A stretch of 64,000 nucleotides of DNA from Candidatus Cryptobacteroides sp. (GTDB taxonomy: Bacteria > Bacteroidota > Bacteroidia > Bacteroidales > UBA932). Both the position numbers and the translations under genes were made by a program. Positions 17,065 through 26,257 of the stretch are shown piece by piece (the stretch's first letter is position 1; each line of letters starts with the position of its first letter). The notes beneath the pieces are model-generated. The model was not told the DNA's origin. It did no database searches and saw only the letters and a list, made by a program, of their open reading frames with translations. The DNA lies in assembly GCA_045539015.1 (NCBI GenBank), contig JAZQEN010000014.1, forward strand, positions 10,039-74,038. The letters are read 5' to 3'.

Positions 17065-20052
17065 ATGAGAAAAATCAAAATGTTTCTCACGGTAGTGTCT
17101 CTCCTGATAGCTTCTGTTGTCAATGCACAGAATCTGACAGTAAAGGGACTTGTTACCGATGGGGCTACAGGCGAGCCTGTTCCGTTTGCTTCGGTTCATG
17201 AGAAGGGAACTATGAATGGAACAAACTCGGATGTTGATGGTAATTACAGCATTACTGTAGCTAAGAATGCAGTGCTTGTATTCTCTTCAATCGGATATAA
17301 TACCGTGGAGATCCAGGTGGCTGGCAATGCAGTTGTCAATTGTGAACTTCCGACTGACACCGAGATGCTTGAAAATGCAGTCGTAGTCGGTTACGGTTCT
17401 GCAAAGAAGGTCGGAACAATCGTTGGATCTGTCACAACTGTGAATTCGGATGCTATCAAGACAGCTCCATCATCTTCAGCTCTGGACCAGCTTCAGGGTC
17501 AGGTTGCAGGACTTTCAGTAATGACAACAGGTGGTGTTGCCGGTGAGAATAACGTTTCCATGCAGCTTCATGGTCAGGGATCTTTGGGAGCTTCTTCTAC
17601 TCCTCTTTACATCATCGACGGTATGCAGGCCAGCAGCCGTGCCATTCAGGCGATGAACCCTAATGACATCCTCAGCATCACCATCCTCAAGGATGCGTCT
17701 GCGACCTCAATCTATGGTTCACGCGCTGCAAACGGTGTCGTTTTCGTTACAACGAGAGCAGGTTCATATGATGCAAAGGCATCAGTTACAGTCAGGAGTC
17801 AGGCAGGTATCTCTACTTTGGCTGATATGACTCTTTATAAGAATATGATGTCGGGTCCGGAACTTAAGGAATTCTGGAAAAGATCTGGCCTCATGTCGCC
17901 AGAGCAGATCAGGACAACCTATACAGACAAGGGATATGATGCTGATACAAAATGGTATAACTACTACCAGCAGTTCAACAACCCTCAGTTCCAGAATGAC
18001 GTTATCGTCGAAGGTGGTGGAAACAAGGTGGCATACATGATCGGTGCATCGCAGTTCCACCAGAGAGGTACTGCAATCGGTAACGAGTATGACCGTTATA
18101 CCGTTCGTACAAACGTTCAGGGCCGTCCGAAGGATTGGCTCAAGGTTGCCGGAAACATGGCAGTTTCATATGACAAGAGGTCTACCAATCCTAACTGGGG
18201 TGGTGCTTCAGGCGGAGCGGGTTACACAGCCGGTGGACTTTCATACCTCAACAACCCTCTCTACCCTGCTGTAGATGAGAATGGCGACGAGTGCACAACT
18301 CAGTTCCCTGACGGTATGTATACTCCTAAGTATTATGTGGCAAACTTCCCTAATACGTCAAACCGTTACGGACTTCTTGCTTCATTCAATGTGGAGATTG
18401 AGCCTATTCCTAACCTCAAGATCGCGTCACGCGCAGGTATGGACGGATACATTTCAATGAGTGAGTCAAAGCGTATACCTTCGTTCCTCGGTACAGAAGG
18501 TAACGGTACAAGGTCAAGGTCTGCAGGACTCAGCTACACTGCTACAGTTACAAATACTATTGAGTATGCGTTCAATGTAGGCAATGACCATCAGTTCACT
18601 GTTCTTGCCGGACATGAGGGCGTTGCAGAGTATTCAGATGCCTTCTCGGCATATTCTGAGGAAATCACTGACGACAGACTTACCAATCTCCAGAATGGTA
18701 ACAAGGAGACAAATGAGGTGAGCGAGTCGTTTGCAAGGGGCAATTTCCTGTCTTTCTTCGGTAGAGTGGACTACTCTCTGATGAACAAATACTATTTCGA
18801 TGCTTCAGTCCGTAATGATGCATGTTCACGTTTCGGTCCGAACAACAAGAACGCTACATTCTGGGCAGCCGGTGGTATGTGGAAGATGAAGAGGGAGAGT
18901 TTCCTTCAGAACACATACTGGCTTGATGACCTGAACTTCAAGGTCAGCTACGGTACTCAGGGAAATGCCTCTATCGGTGATTATCAGTATCTGGCACTCA
19001 TCGGATCGATGTCTGACTACGCTACTGGAAGCTCTCTCGGTCTTGGTCAGCCATCCAACTTTGACCTTACTTGGGAAAAGCAGTCGCTTCTTACTGTGGG
19101 ATTCAACGGCCGTCTTGCTGACAGGGTTGATTTCAATATCGAGTACTATCGCAGAAAGACATCTTCAATGCTGATGGATGTTCCTTATAACTATACTACC
19201 GGTATCACTTCTCTTTATGCCAATGTGGGTGGTCTCTTGAACCAGGGTATCGACATCACTCTCGGTGTGGATATCCTCAGAGGTGCAGATTACTTCCTTC
19301 GTTTCAATACTACATTCAACTGGAATGCAGAGAAGGTTACGGAACTCTTCAACGGTCTTGATAGATGGGAGATGGTAGGATATGGATTTGCATATGTGGT
19401 AGGCGAGCCAGTATCATTCTACTATCCGGTATATGCTGGTGTCGATCCTGAGGATGGAAAGCAGATGTGGTATCTCCCAGGTGAAAATGTCGATGTGACA
19501 ACAATGGATCCGAACAGGGTGACCAAGGATTTCGATGAGGCAGGTCTTACACAGAACACAGGCAAGAGACTCAATCCGCCAGTGAACGGTGGTTTTAACC
19601 TCAGCGGTGCATGGAGAGGCATATCGCTTCAGGCGGACTTCTCATATGTGCTTGGCAAGTACCTCATCAATAACGATGCGTTCTTCTATGCAAATCCTAA
19701 CCAGAATCTGGATAGCACGCAGCATAAGGATGTTCAGAATTTCTGGACACCGGACAATACAAATGCAAAGTATCCTGACTGGAGCAGTGGTGCGACAATG
19801 CAGTTTGATACCCACCTTCTTGAGAAGGCAAACTTCCTCCGTCTGAAGAACCTTCAGGTTGCTTACGATTTCCCAAGAAGACTTCTTGGAAATCAGCAGG
19901 TTGTTAATGGTGTGAAGTTCTCTTTCACAGCACGTAACCTCTTCTGTCTCACTAACTATTCGGGTATTGATCCTGAGGTTGCCGGCAACCTGACTTATGG
20001 TCGTGTAGGTAACTCAAAGCAGTACCTTTTTGGTGTTGAACTTACTTTCTAA
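17065..20052 (+). CDS. SusC/RagA-family TonB-dependent transporter 1
   Basis: N-terminal CarboxypepD-like domain, PLYIIDG, LKDASATSIYGSRAANGV, LTWEK and terminal Phe. Confidence 0.95.
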   Translation: MRKIKMFLTVVSLLIASVVNAQNLTVKGLVTDGATGEPVPFASVHEKGTMNGTNSDVDGNYSITVAKNAVLVFSSIGYNTVEIQVAGNAVVNCELPTDTEMLENAVVVGYGSAKKVGTIVGSVTTVNSDAIKTAPSSSALDQLQGQVAGLSVMTTGGVAGENNVSMQLHGQGSLGASSTPLYIIDGMQASSRAIQAMNPNDILSITILKDASATSIYGSRAANGVVFVTTRAGSYDAKASVTVRSQAGISTLADMTLYKNMMSGPELKEFWKRSGLMSPEQIRTTYTDKGYDADTKWYNYYQQFNNPQFQNDVIVEGGGNKVAYMIGASQFHQRGTAIGNEYDRYTVRTNVQGRPKDWLKVAGNMAVSYDKRSTNPNWGGASGGAGYTAGGLSYLNNPLYPAVDENGDECTTQFPDGMYTPKYYVANFPNTSNRYGLLASFNVEIEPIPNLKIASRAGMDGYISMSESKRIPSFLGTEGNGTRSRSAGLSYTATVTNTIEYAFNVGNDHQFTVLAGHEGVAEYSDAFSAYSEEITDDRLTNLQNGNKETNEVSESFARGNFLSFFGRVDYSLMNKYYFDASVRNDACSRFGPNNKNATFWAAGGMWKMKRESFLQNTYWLDDLNFKVSYGTQGNASIGDYQYLALIGSMSDYATGSSLGLGQPSNFDLTWEKQSLLTVGFNGRLADRVDFNIEYYRRKTSSMLMDVPYNYTTGITSLYANVGGLLNQGIDITLGVDILRGADYFLRFNTTFNWNAEKVTELFNGLDRWEMVGYGFAYVVGEPVSFYYPVYAGVDPEDGKQMWYLPGENVDVTTMDPNRVTKDFDEAGLTQNTGKRLNPPVNGGFNLSGAWRGISLQADFSYVLGKYLINNDAFFYANPNQNLDSTQHKDVQNFWTPDNTNAKYPDWSSGATMQFDTHLLEKANFLRLKNLQVAYDFPRRLLGNQQVVNGVKFSFTARNLFCLTNYSGIDPEVAGNLTYGRVGNSKQYLFGVELTF

Positions 20053-20073
20053 TCAGAAGGCTTTAAAAGAAGA

Positions 20074-21636
20074 ATGACTACAATGAAGAATATAATCAAG
20101 AATATTTTACTGGTTGGAGCAGTTGCGGCACTGTTTGCTTCATGTGACCTTGAGCTCCGCCCGACATCGGCTATCGTTGTCGATGAGGACAAGCCGTTTT
20201 TCACCAGCGCCAGTGACATTGAAAGTTTCACTAACGGAGTACTGTCATCATACAGAGCAGTTCAGTATGGTTCGTATACTCAGAGTACTGAAGTGATGTG
20301 CGATGGTTTCAATGCACTTATCAGCTATGGTAATAACTACGGTTCCATCCATAGGACCGATGCTACTTTTACAACCAGCGACTCATATGCAGAGTCAATG
20401 TGGGCAAATCACTATGCAGTGATCAAGAACTACAATATCGCGATCGAGCAGGCTGAATATATCCTGGATCCGGAATCAGAATATTACAATGAGGATCTCG
20501 TATATGATGCTGAGGTTCTGAAGGGTATCGCGCAGTTCTGCAGGGCGTCATCTTATCTGATCCTGGCGCGCCATTTTGGCCCTGATTATGACGAGAATAC
20601 TGCCAGCGAGGACCTTTGTGTTCCGCTTGTCCTCAAGTTTGACGTGAATGAAAAGCCATTCCGTGCCACTGTCGCTGACGTTTATTCTCAGATCGACTGG
20701 GATCTGGAAGAGGCTGCCGATCTTCTTGAGGGCAAGGTTTTCAGAGGCCTTCCTCTTCAGGGATCTCCAAGGTCTGAAGTCGTCACTATAGATGCCATCA
20801 ACGCTCTCAAGGCACGCTACTATCTTGATATCGACGACTATGCTTCTGCGGCAAAGATGGCTGATGCAGTGATTAATTCACCTGCCGGATATGCCCTTTC
20901 TTCATCACCATCAGAAATGGTGGCTGAGTTTGACAGTGACAGCGGCAACGAGCCTATCTTGCAGCTTTACGCTACAAAGTCTGAAGGTGTTGTTGGAAAT
21001 AAAATCTATACTCAGGTGAGCCGTGATGCAAAGGGTAAGTATTTCCAGCCATATTACATTCCGTCCCAGAAACTGATAGATGCATACTCGCAGAATGACC
21101 TTCGTTTCAGAACATGGTTCTCAAACAATAAGTATCCTATCTTTGCGAATGGTGCGCGTTACAATAATATCTACACTTTCATCAAGTACCTTGGCAATCC
21201 GAATCTGACAAACGGTTCCTTGGAGTCCGGTGCGCATGCTGCGAAGCCTATTACAATCAGTGAGATGTATCTGATTTCAGCAGAGGCTCACTGCATGGAC
21301 GGCAACACCATGAAGGCAAGGATAGCTCTGAACGAACTTCAGTCTGCACGTGGAGCACAACCTACTGCGGCAACTATGGAGAACATCAAGCTTGAATGGT
21401 TCAAGGAGACTGTAGGTGAGGGCCTTCGTCTTTCATGCCTCAAGCGTTGGGGAGACGGATTTGAAGGCAGACCTGCTCAGACAGCAGCATTGAATGCCAA
21501 TATCGTGAATACAGGTGAGTATTTCGATGAGAGAACTATCGAACCAGATGACCATGTGCTTCTATGGCCAGTTCCTTCTTATGAGTTGAAGCTCAATAAG
21601 AATCTGGTGCAGAATCCAGGTTATGGTGCGGAATAA
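20074..21636 (+). CDS. SusD/RagB-family lipoprotein 1
   Basis: Lipobox FASC, ISEMYLISAEA, ETVGEGLR..CLKRWG and WPVP...QNPGY. Confidence 0.92.
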   Translation: MTTMKNIIKNILLVGAVAALFASCDLELRPTSAIVVDEDKPFFTSASDIESFTNGVLSSYRAVQYGSYTQSTEVMCDGFNALISYGNNYGSIHRTDATFTTSDSYAESMWANHYAVIKNYNIAIEQAEYILDPESEYYNEDLVYDAEVLKGIAQFCRASSYLILARHFGPDYDENTASEDLCVPLVLKFDVNEKPFRATVADVYSQIDWDLEEAADLLEGKVFRGLPLQGSPRSEVVTIDAINALKARYYLDIDDYASAAKMADAVINSPAGYALSSSPSEMVAEFDSDSGNEPILQLYATKSEGVVGNKIYTQVSRDAKGKYFQPYYIPSQKLIDAYSQNDLRFRTWFSNNKYPIFANGARYNNIYTFIKYLGNPNLTNGSLESGAHAAKPITISEMYLISAEAHCMDGNTMKARIALNELQSARGAQPTAATMENIKLEWFKETVGEGLRLSCLKRWGDGFEGRPAQTAALNANIVNTGEYFDERTIEPDDHVLLWPVPSYELKLNKNLVQNPGYGAE

Positions 21637-21660
21637 TAACGAATAATTGATATTTCTGAT

Positions 21661-22551
21661 ATGAAGAAGATAATATTTATGATGGCAGCTGCGATGCTTG
21701 TTATTTCATCTTGCGGAAGAAAGGTGGAATTTGAGCATATGACTTTTGCCACTTTGGATGCGACATCATATTCTTTTGATGAAGATGTGCAGGAGTTCAG
21801 AATACCTGTTACCATTGTCAATCCTAATGGAAAAGAGGTTTCCGTTTCGGTTTCCACCACAGATGGTAAAGCTGAGGAAGGAGTTGATTATGAGGTACTT
21901 TATCCGGTTTCAGGAGTGCTTACTTTTGCAGCAGGTGAGACCGAGCAGGAAATCGTGCTTGGCATTACCGAGTTCCCTGGAAAACTCACAGGTTCAAAGG
22001 ATTTCTCGCTTACTATTTCCAGCGTTACTGAAGGATTCCAGGTCGGAGGCTGCAACACTGTGAAGCTGAAGATCAAGGACCTTGACCACCCTCTCAAGAT
22101 GTTCATCGGAGAATGGTCGGCATCTAAGACAGGTTATAATGGCATCAACTATTCTTGGACAATGACAGTAGAGGGTGACGAATCTGATCCTACATACAGC
22201 AATCTGTTTGTGTATGACCTTGATCCGTTTACTTCTTCTTACCTCGGCTATAGTTCTGACAAAGGTTATAATAAGGTGGATGCTACTGCAAACCCAGCCA
22301 AGACTCAGCTTATCGTTGCTTATGATTCATATCTTGCAACAGATGATGAGGGTCTTCTTGAGCCAGGTTGTGTATTCAGTATTGCAGGACTTGATGCACC
22401 TACTTATGATCAGGCACGCGCATATGATGATGTCAAGATGAATCTGTCAGAGGACGGTACTACACTGACAATCGTCAATGCCATAGGCTGCTTGGGTAAT
22501 GGTGTTCTATATGAAATAATTGATGGCCCGTTAGTATTTACCAAGAAGTAA
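21661..22551 (+). CDS. Calx-beta-like surface lipoprotein (SusC/D accessory)
   Basis: Lipobox ISSC; DGKAEEGVDY...LTFAAGETEQEI Calx-beta pattern. Confidence 0.7.
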   Translation: MKKIIFMMAAAMLVISSCGRKVEFEHMTFATLDATSYSFDEDVQEFRIPVTIVNPNGKEVSVSVSTTDGKAEEGVDYEVLYPVSGVLTFAAGETEQEIVLGITEFPGKLTGSKDFSLTISSVTEGFQVGGCNTVKLKIKDLDHPLKMFIGEWSASKTGYNGINYSWTMTVEGDESDPTYSNLFVYDLDPFTSSYLGYSSDKGYNKVDATANPAKTQLIVAYDSYLATDDEGLLEPGCVFSIAGLDAPTYDQARAYDDVKMNLSEDGTTLTIVNAIGCLGNGVLYEIIDGPLVFTKK

Positions 22552-22573
22552 TATACCTGAGTTATACATACAG

Positions 22574-22604
22574 AGGTGAGCAGTCTATGGCTGCCCACCT
22601 TTTT
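22574..22604 (+). terminator. Intra-operon terminator-like hairpin before the S8 gene
   Basis: AGGTGAGCAGTC / GGCTGCCCACCT followed by TTTT. Confidence 0.6.
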
Positions 22605-22626
22605 AAAGTTTAATGTCAATAACAAT

Positions 22627-25212
22627 ATGAAACGTTTTATTTCAGCCATTCTTATGGCGCTTTTTCTGGTTTCCTGCGTCAACGAGGAGATGGAGCCGTC
22701 AAATGTCCAGGATACTCAGGTGGAAGTGCTTGCCGAGGATTCGGCCTTTGAGAAGGGGCAATGTATCGTTCTTTTCAGTGAGGAGGTGACAGCTGCGATA
22801 GAAGCTTCGGCAGCGGAAGGCGTGATGCGGACGAAGTCTGCCGGTATTGATGAGATGCTGGAGCAGATGGGAGTGAATTCCATGGAAAGGCTTTTCCCTC
22901 ATGCAGGAGAATTCGAACCAAGAACAAGAAAGGAAGGACTTCATCGCTGGTATGTGCTTTCCTATTCTGAAACTGTGCCGTATACCAAGGCCGATAACGG
23001 ACTTGGCGGACTTCCTGGTGTTGAACTGATACAGCCTGTCAGAAAGATCAGGACACATGATTTCAATGACCTTTCAACTGATCTTTGGGGCTTGAAGAAC
23101 GTTAATTATCCTGGATATGACATCAATGTCACTCCGGTTTGGGAAAACTATACTGTAGGTAATCCGGATGTGATTGTGGCAGTGGTTGACAACGGTGTGG
23201 AGATAAACCATCCTGACCTGAGCTCAAACTGCCTTAAGACAGGACATTTCAATGCAGTTGACGACTCTTTTACGCTCTATCCGGGAGATCATGGAACACA
23301 CGTTGCCGGTACGATTGCCGCTGTGGGTAACAATGCGAAAGGAGTCGTAGGTGTTGCCGGTGGTGACTATGCAGCAGGTAAGGCCGGCGTGAAGATTCTT
23401 TCATGCCAGATCTTCAAGGAAACTGCGGAAGGATCCGTCCCAGGCAAGAGCTCGGCAGCCATCAAGTATGGAGCAGACCACGGTGCTGTGATCAGTCAGA
23501 ACAGTTGGGGATATGTCTATGATTATGACGGCGATGGAAACCTCACAGGAAAAGAACTGAAGGATGCGCTGGCGGCTACCATCATGCCTGCAGACTCAGT
23601 TGCTGTAGATTATTTCATCAAGTATGCCGGATGTGACAATTACGGCAATCAGCTCCCTGATTCTCCAATGAAGGGTGGTGTCGTCATTTTTGCGGCCGGT
23701 AATGAAAACATTGCAAATGGTGCCCCTGCTGAATATGAGGAAGTGATAGCAGTAGGTGCCATAGCATCAAACGGTACCAAGTCTTCTTTCTCGAATTATG
23801 GTGATTGGGTTGATCTCGCGGCTCCTGGCAGCTCTATTCTCAGTACTGTGACAGGTGGCGGTTATGCGACTATGGACGGCACCTCAATGGCTTGTCCTCA
23901 CGTTTCAGGTGTGGCGGCTCTCGTGGTCTCACATTGTGGCGGCCCCGGTTTTACCAACGAAATGCTTAAGGAGAAACTGCTCAATGGCGCGAATTCTAAA
24001 GCTGTTCCAGCATCATATAAGGTCGGAAAGCTTGTAGACGCTTTAGGTGCCATTACATACGGAAGCGATGAGGCGCCGTCACAGGTAACTGATCTGACGG
24101 CCTCTGCAAGAGCAAATACCATGGACCTTTCATGGACAGTGACAGCTGATAAGGACGGTAAACCGGCTTATGGCTTTCTGGCCATTTATGGAAAGGACAA
24201 GGCGAAAGTGGAGTCTGCAACCAAGAACGACAAGGATCTGGGAATGGCTGTGTGCACACCGGATCTTCCGGTCGGGGAACGCGTGGACTTTGCTGTCAAG
24301 GGACTGGAATTCAACTCTACCTATTATGTGAAGGTGCTGGCATTTTCTTATGGACAGAACTATGCTGCAGCTTCAGAGGTAGTGGAGTTTGAGACATTAT
24401 CCAACAATGCTCCGGTGATAGACGCTGGGGATAAGGATGTATATTCTATAAAGGCATCACAGAAACTTGAACTTACTGTCAACGTGGAAGATCCTGACGG
24501 TCATGATGTGAAAGTCGATTTTACATGCGATGCCCAGCATGGCTTTGAGCCAGTAGGAGACTCGGGAAGTTACTTGTTCACTGTTGTCGGAAAGGATGTG
24601 GAGGCAGGCCGCTACGAAGCAAAGATTACTGCTACAGATGAATACGGCATGGAGACCAGAAAGACCATCGTAGTCGAGGTTCTTGATAACTCAGCACCGG
24701 TAGCTCTCAAGCAGATTGATGATGTCCTGCTTTCTGCAAAGGGTAAGGAATTCTCTATTGACATGACCGAATATGTGAACGATCCGGATGGCGATCCTCT
24801 TAAATATGAGATTACCGTATCCAATGAGAAGGTCGTTCACTTCACTCCAAGAGCTGACATTATCTACGGAACGGCTTTGGCTTATGGCCTTGTGGATGTG
24901 AAGATCATTGCAAGCGATGTCCGTAATGAGAAGGCTGAATTCAGTTTCAAGGTCCTCATCAAGAACCCTGCAGAGCCTGTGTCGCTGTATCCTAATCCGG
25001 TAACCGATTATCTGAATGTCGGAACCATGGATATGGCTGAGACCGTTGTGAAGATCACGAACTCTACAGGTAAGCTTATGTATTCAGGTACATCTCAGGT
25101 CAGCGGTATCGAGCCTGCAAGAATCGATATGACCTCATTTGAGCCTGGTGTGTATGCAGTTTCTGTGGCATTCGGTGGTAATGAGTATGTTCAGACAGTT
25201 GTAAAACTTTAG
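22627..25212 (+). CDS. S8 subtilase: lipoprotein signal, prodomain, catalytic domain, FN3/Ig-like domains, T9SS type-A-like CTD
   Basis: LVSC lipobox; triad VAVVDNG / HGTHVAG / GTSMACPH; C-terminal LYPNPVTDYLNV...GVYAVSV...QTVVKL. Confidence 0.9.
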   Translation: MKRFISAILMALFLVSCVNEEMEPSNVQDTQVEVLAEDSAFEKGQCIVLFSEEVTAAIEASAAEGVMRTKSAGIDEMLEQMGVNSMERLFPHAGEFEPRTRKEGLHRWYVLSYSETVPYTKADNGLGGLPGVELIQPVRKIRTHDFNDLSTDLWGLKNVNYPGYDINVTPVWENYTVGNPDVIVAVVDNGVEINHPDLSSNCLKTGHFNAVDDSFTLYPGDHGTHVAGTIAAVGNNAKGVVGVAGGDYAAGKAGVKILSCQIFKETAEGSVPGKSSAAIKYGADHGAVISQNSWGYVYDYDGDGNLTGKELKDALAATIMPADSVAVDYFIKYAGCDNYGNQLPDSPMKGGVVIFAAGNENIANGAPAEYEEVIAVGAIASNGTKSSFSNYGDWVDLAAPGSSILSTVTGGGYATMDGTSMACPHVSGVAALVVSHCGGPGFTNEMLKEKLLNGANSKAVPASYKVGKLVDALGAITYGSDEAPSQVTDLTASARANTMDLSWTVTADKDGKPAYGFLAIYGKDKAKVESATKNDKDLGMAVCTPDLPVGERVDFAVKGLEFNSTYYVKVLAFSYGQNYAAASEVVEFETLSNNAPVIDAGDKDVYSIKASQKLELTVNVEDPDGHDVKVDFTCDAQHGFEPVGDSGSYLFTVVGKDVEAGRYEAKITATDEYGMETRKTIVVEVLDNSAPVALKQIDDVLLSAKGKEFSIDMTEYVNDPDGDPLKYEITVSNEKVVHFTPRADIIYGTALAYGLVDVKIIASDVRNEKAEFSFKVLIKNPAEPVSLYPNPVTDYLNVGTMDMAETVVKITNSTGKLMYSGTSQVSGIEPARIDMTSFEPGVYAVSVAFGGNEYVQTVVKL

Positions 25213-25217
25213 TTGCA

Positions 25218-26132
25218 ATGAAGAAGTTAGCATATATAGCAGGAGCGCTGCTGCTCCTTATGCCTGCTGTTGCAGGTGCTCAGGTTCTGCCTTTTACATC
25301 AGTGGAGGCGGATGCTGTAAGTCTCGGTAAGGCTGGTACAAATCTGGTTGAGACCGGGTCTGTTGCCAATGCCTCATTCTCCAATGCGGCTGTCATTCCT
25401 TTCTATGATGCAAAGTTCGATGTATCGGCAGGCTATACCATGTGGCAGCCTTCTGCTGTCGGAGCAAACAAGCTCAATGTCGGTGCTGCCTTCAATGTGA
25501 AGCACAAGGTCGGTGTGGCAGTTGGCTTCATGTATGGTATGCATAAGCCGTATTCGGGAGCTAATTCCGGAGGCGGAATTACAGGAGAATTCGCTCCTAA
25601 GGACATGCATGTGAACGTGGGACTGGCCTGGAGATTCCTGCCGTTCATGTCTCTCGGTGCAAATGTCGGCTATGCGTCCAGTGCTCTGGCTGCGGATCAT
25701 TCATATGGTGCAGTTGACGCTGATGTCTTCCTGATGGCGAAGTTCTCAGGTGTAAAGGTTACTGCCGGAATTGCAAATATCGGTTCCAAGGTTACTGCAG
25801 CAAACGGCGCGAAGTTCAGCCTTCCTACATCTGTGGCTGTCGGAGCCGGATATACGAAGACCTTTGCCTTGAAGCATAGATTGGATGTGATGCTTGATGC
25901 AGATTATTATCTGCAGGATGGTTTCGCTGCATCTGTCGGTGCTGAATATGCATTCAATGGACTTGCTTCGGTAAGAGCCGGTTATCGTTATGGAGGAAAT
26001 ACGGCGGTTCCGTCATATGCATCTGTCGGTGCCGGCGTCAAATTGATCGGCATAAAGCTGGATGTGGCTTATCTGATAGCATCCGGTCCTATGAAGAATA
26101 CATTGGCTGTGGGATTGGGATATACATTCTAG
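25218..26132 (+). CDS. PorV/PorQ-like outer-membrane beta-barrel
   Basis: Sec signal; LPFTSVEADAVSLGKAG resembles the PorV N-terminal PFLxxxxDARxxGMG motif; F.N.A, RAGY, LDVAY and terminal GYTF. Confidence 0.72.
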   Translation: MKKLAYIAGALLLLMPAVAGAQVLPFTSVEADAVSLGKAGTNLVETGSVANASFSNAAVIPFYDAKFDVSAGYTMWQPSAVGANKLNVGAAFNVKHKVGVAVGFMYGMHKPYSGANSGGGITGEFAPKDMHVNVGLAWRFLPFMSLGANVGYASSALAADHSYGAVDADVFLMAKFSGVKVTAGIANIGSKVTAANGAKFSLPTSVAVGAGYTKTFALKHRLDVMLDADYYLQDGFAASVGAEYAFNGLASVRAGYRYGGNTAVPSYASVGAGVKLIGIKLDVAYLIASGPMKNTLAVGLGYTF

Positions 26133-26158
26133 TATAACGGTCCTTCCAAACCTATTTG

Positions 26159-26197
26159 TCGGCGGTTCGAAATATTTCGGACCGCCGATTTTTATTT
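26159..26197 (+). terminator. Rho-independent terminator
   Basis: TCGGCGGTTCGAA / TTCGGACCGCCGA followed by TTTTTATTT. Confidence 0.85.
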
Positions 26198-26257
26198 GGC
26201 AAGAGATTTGGGTTGCTGCGCTTTACGTCTGAAAAACAAATATTTAAACAGTTAGTT

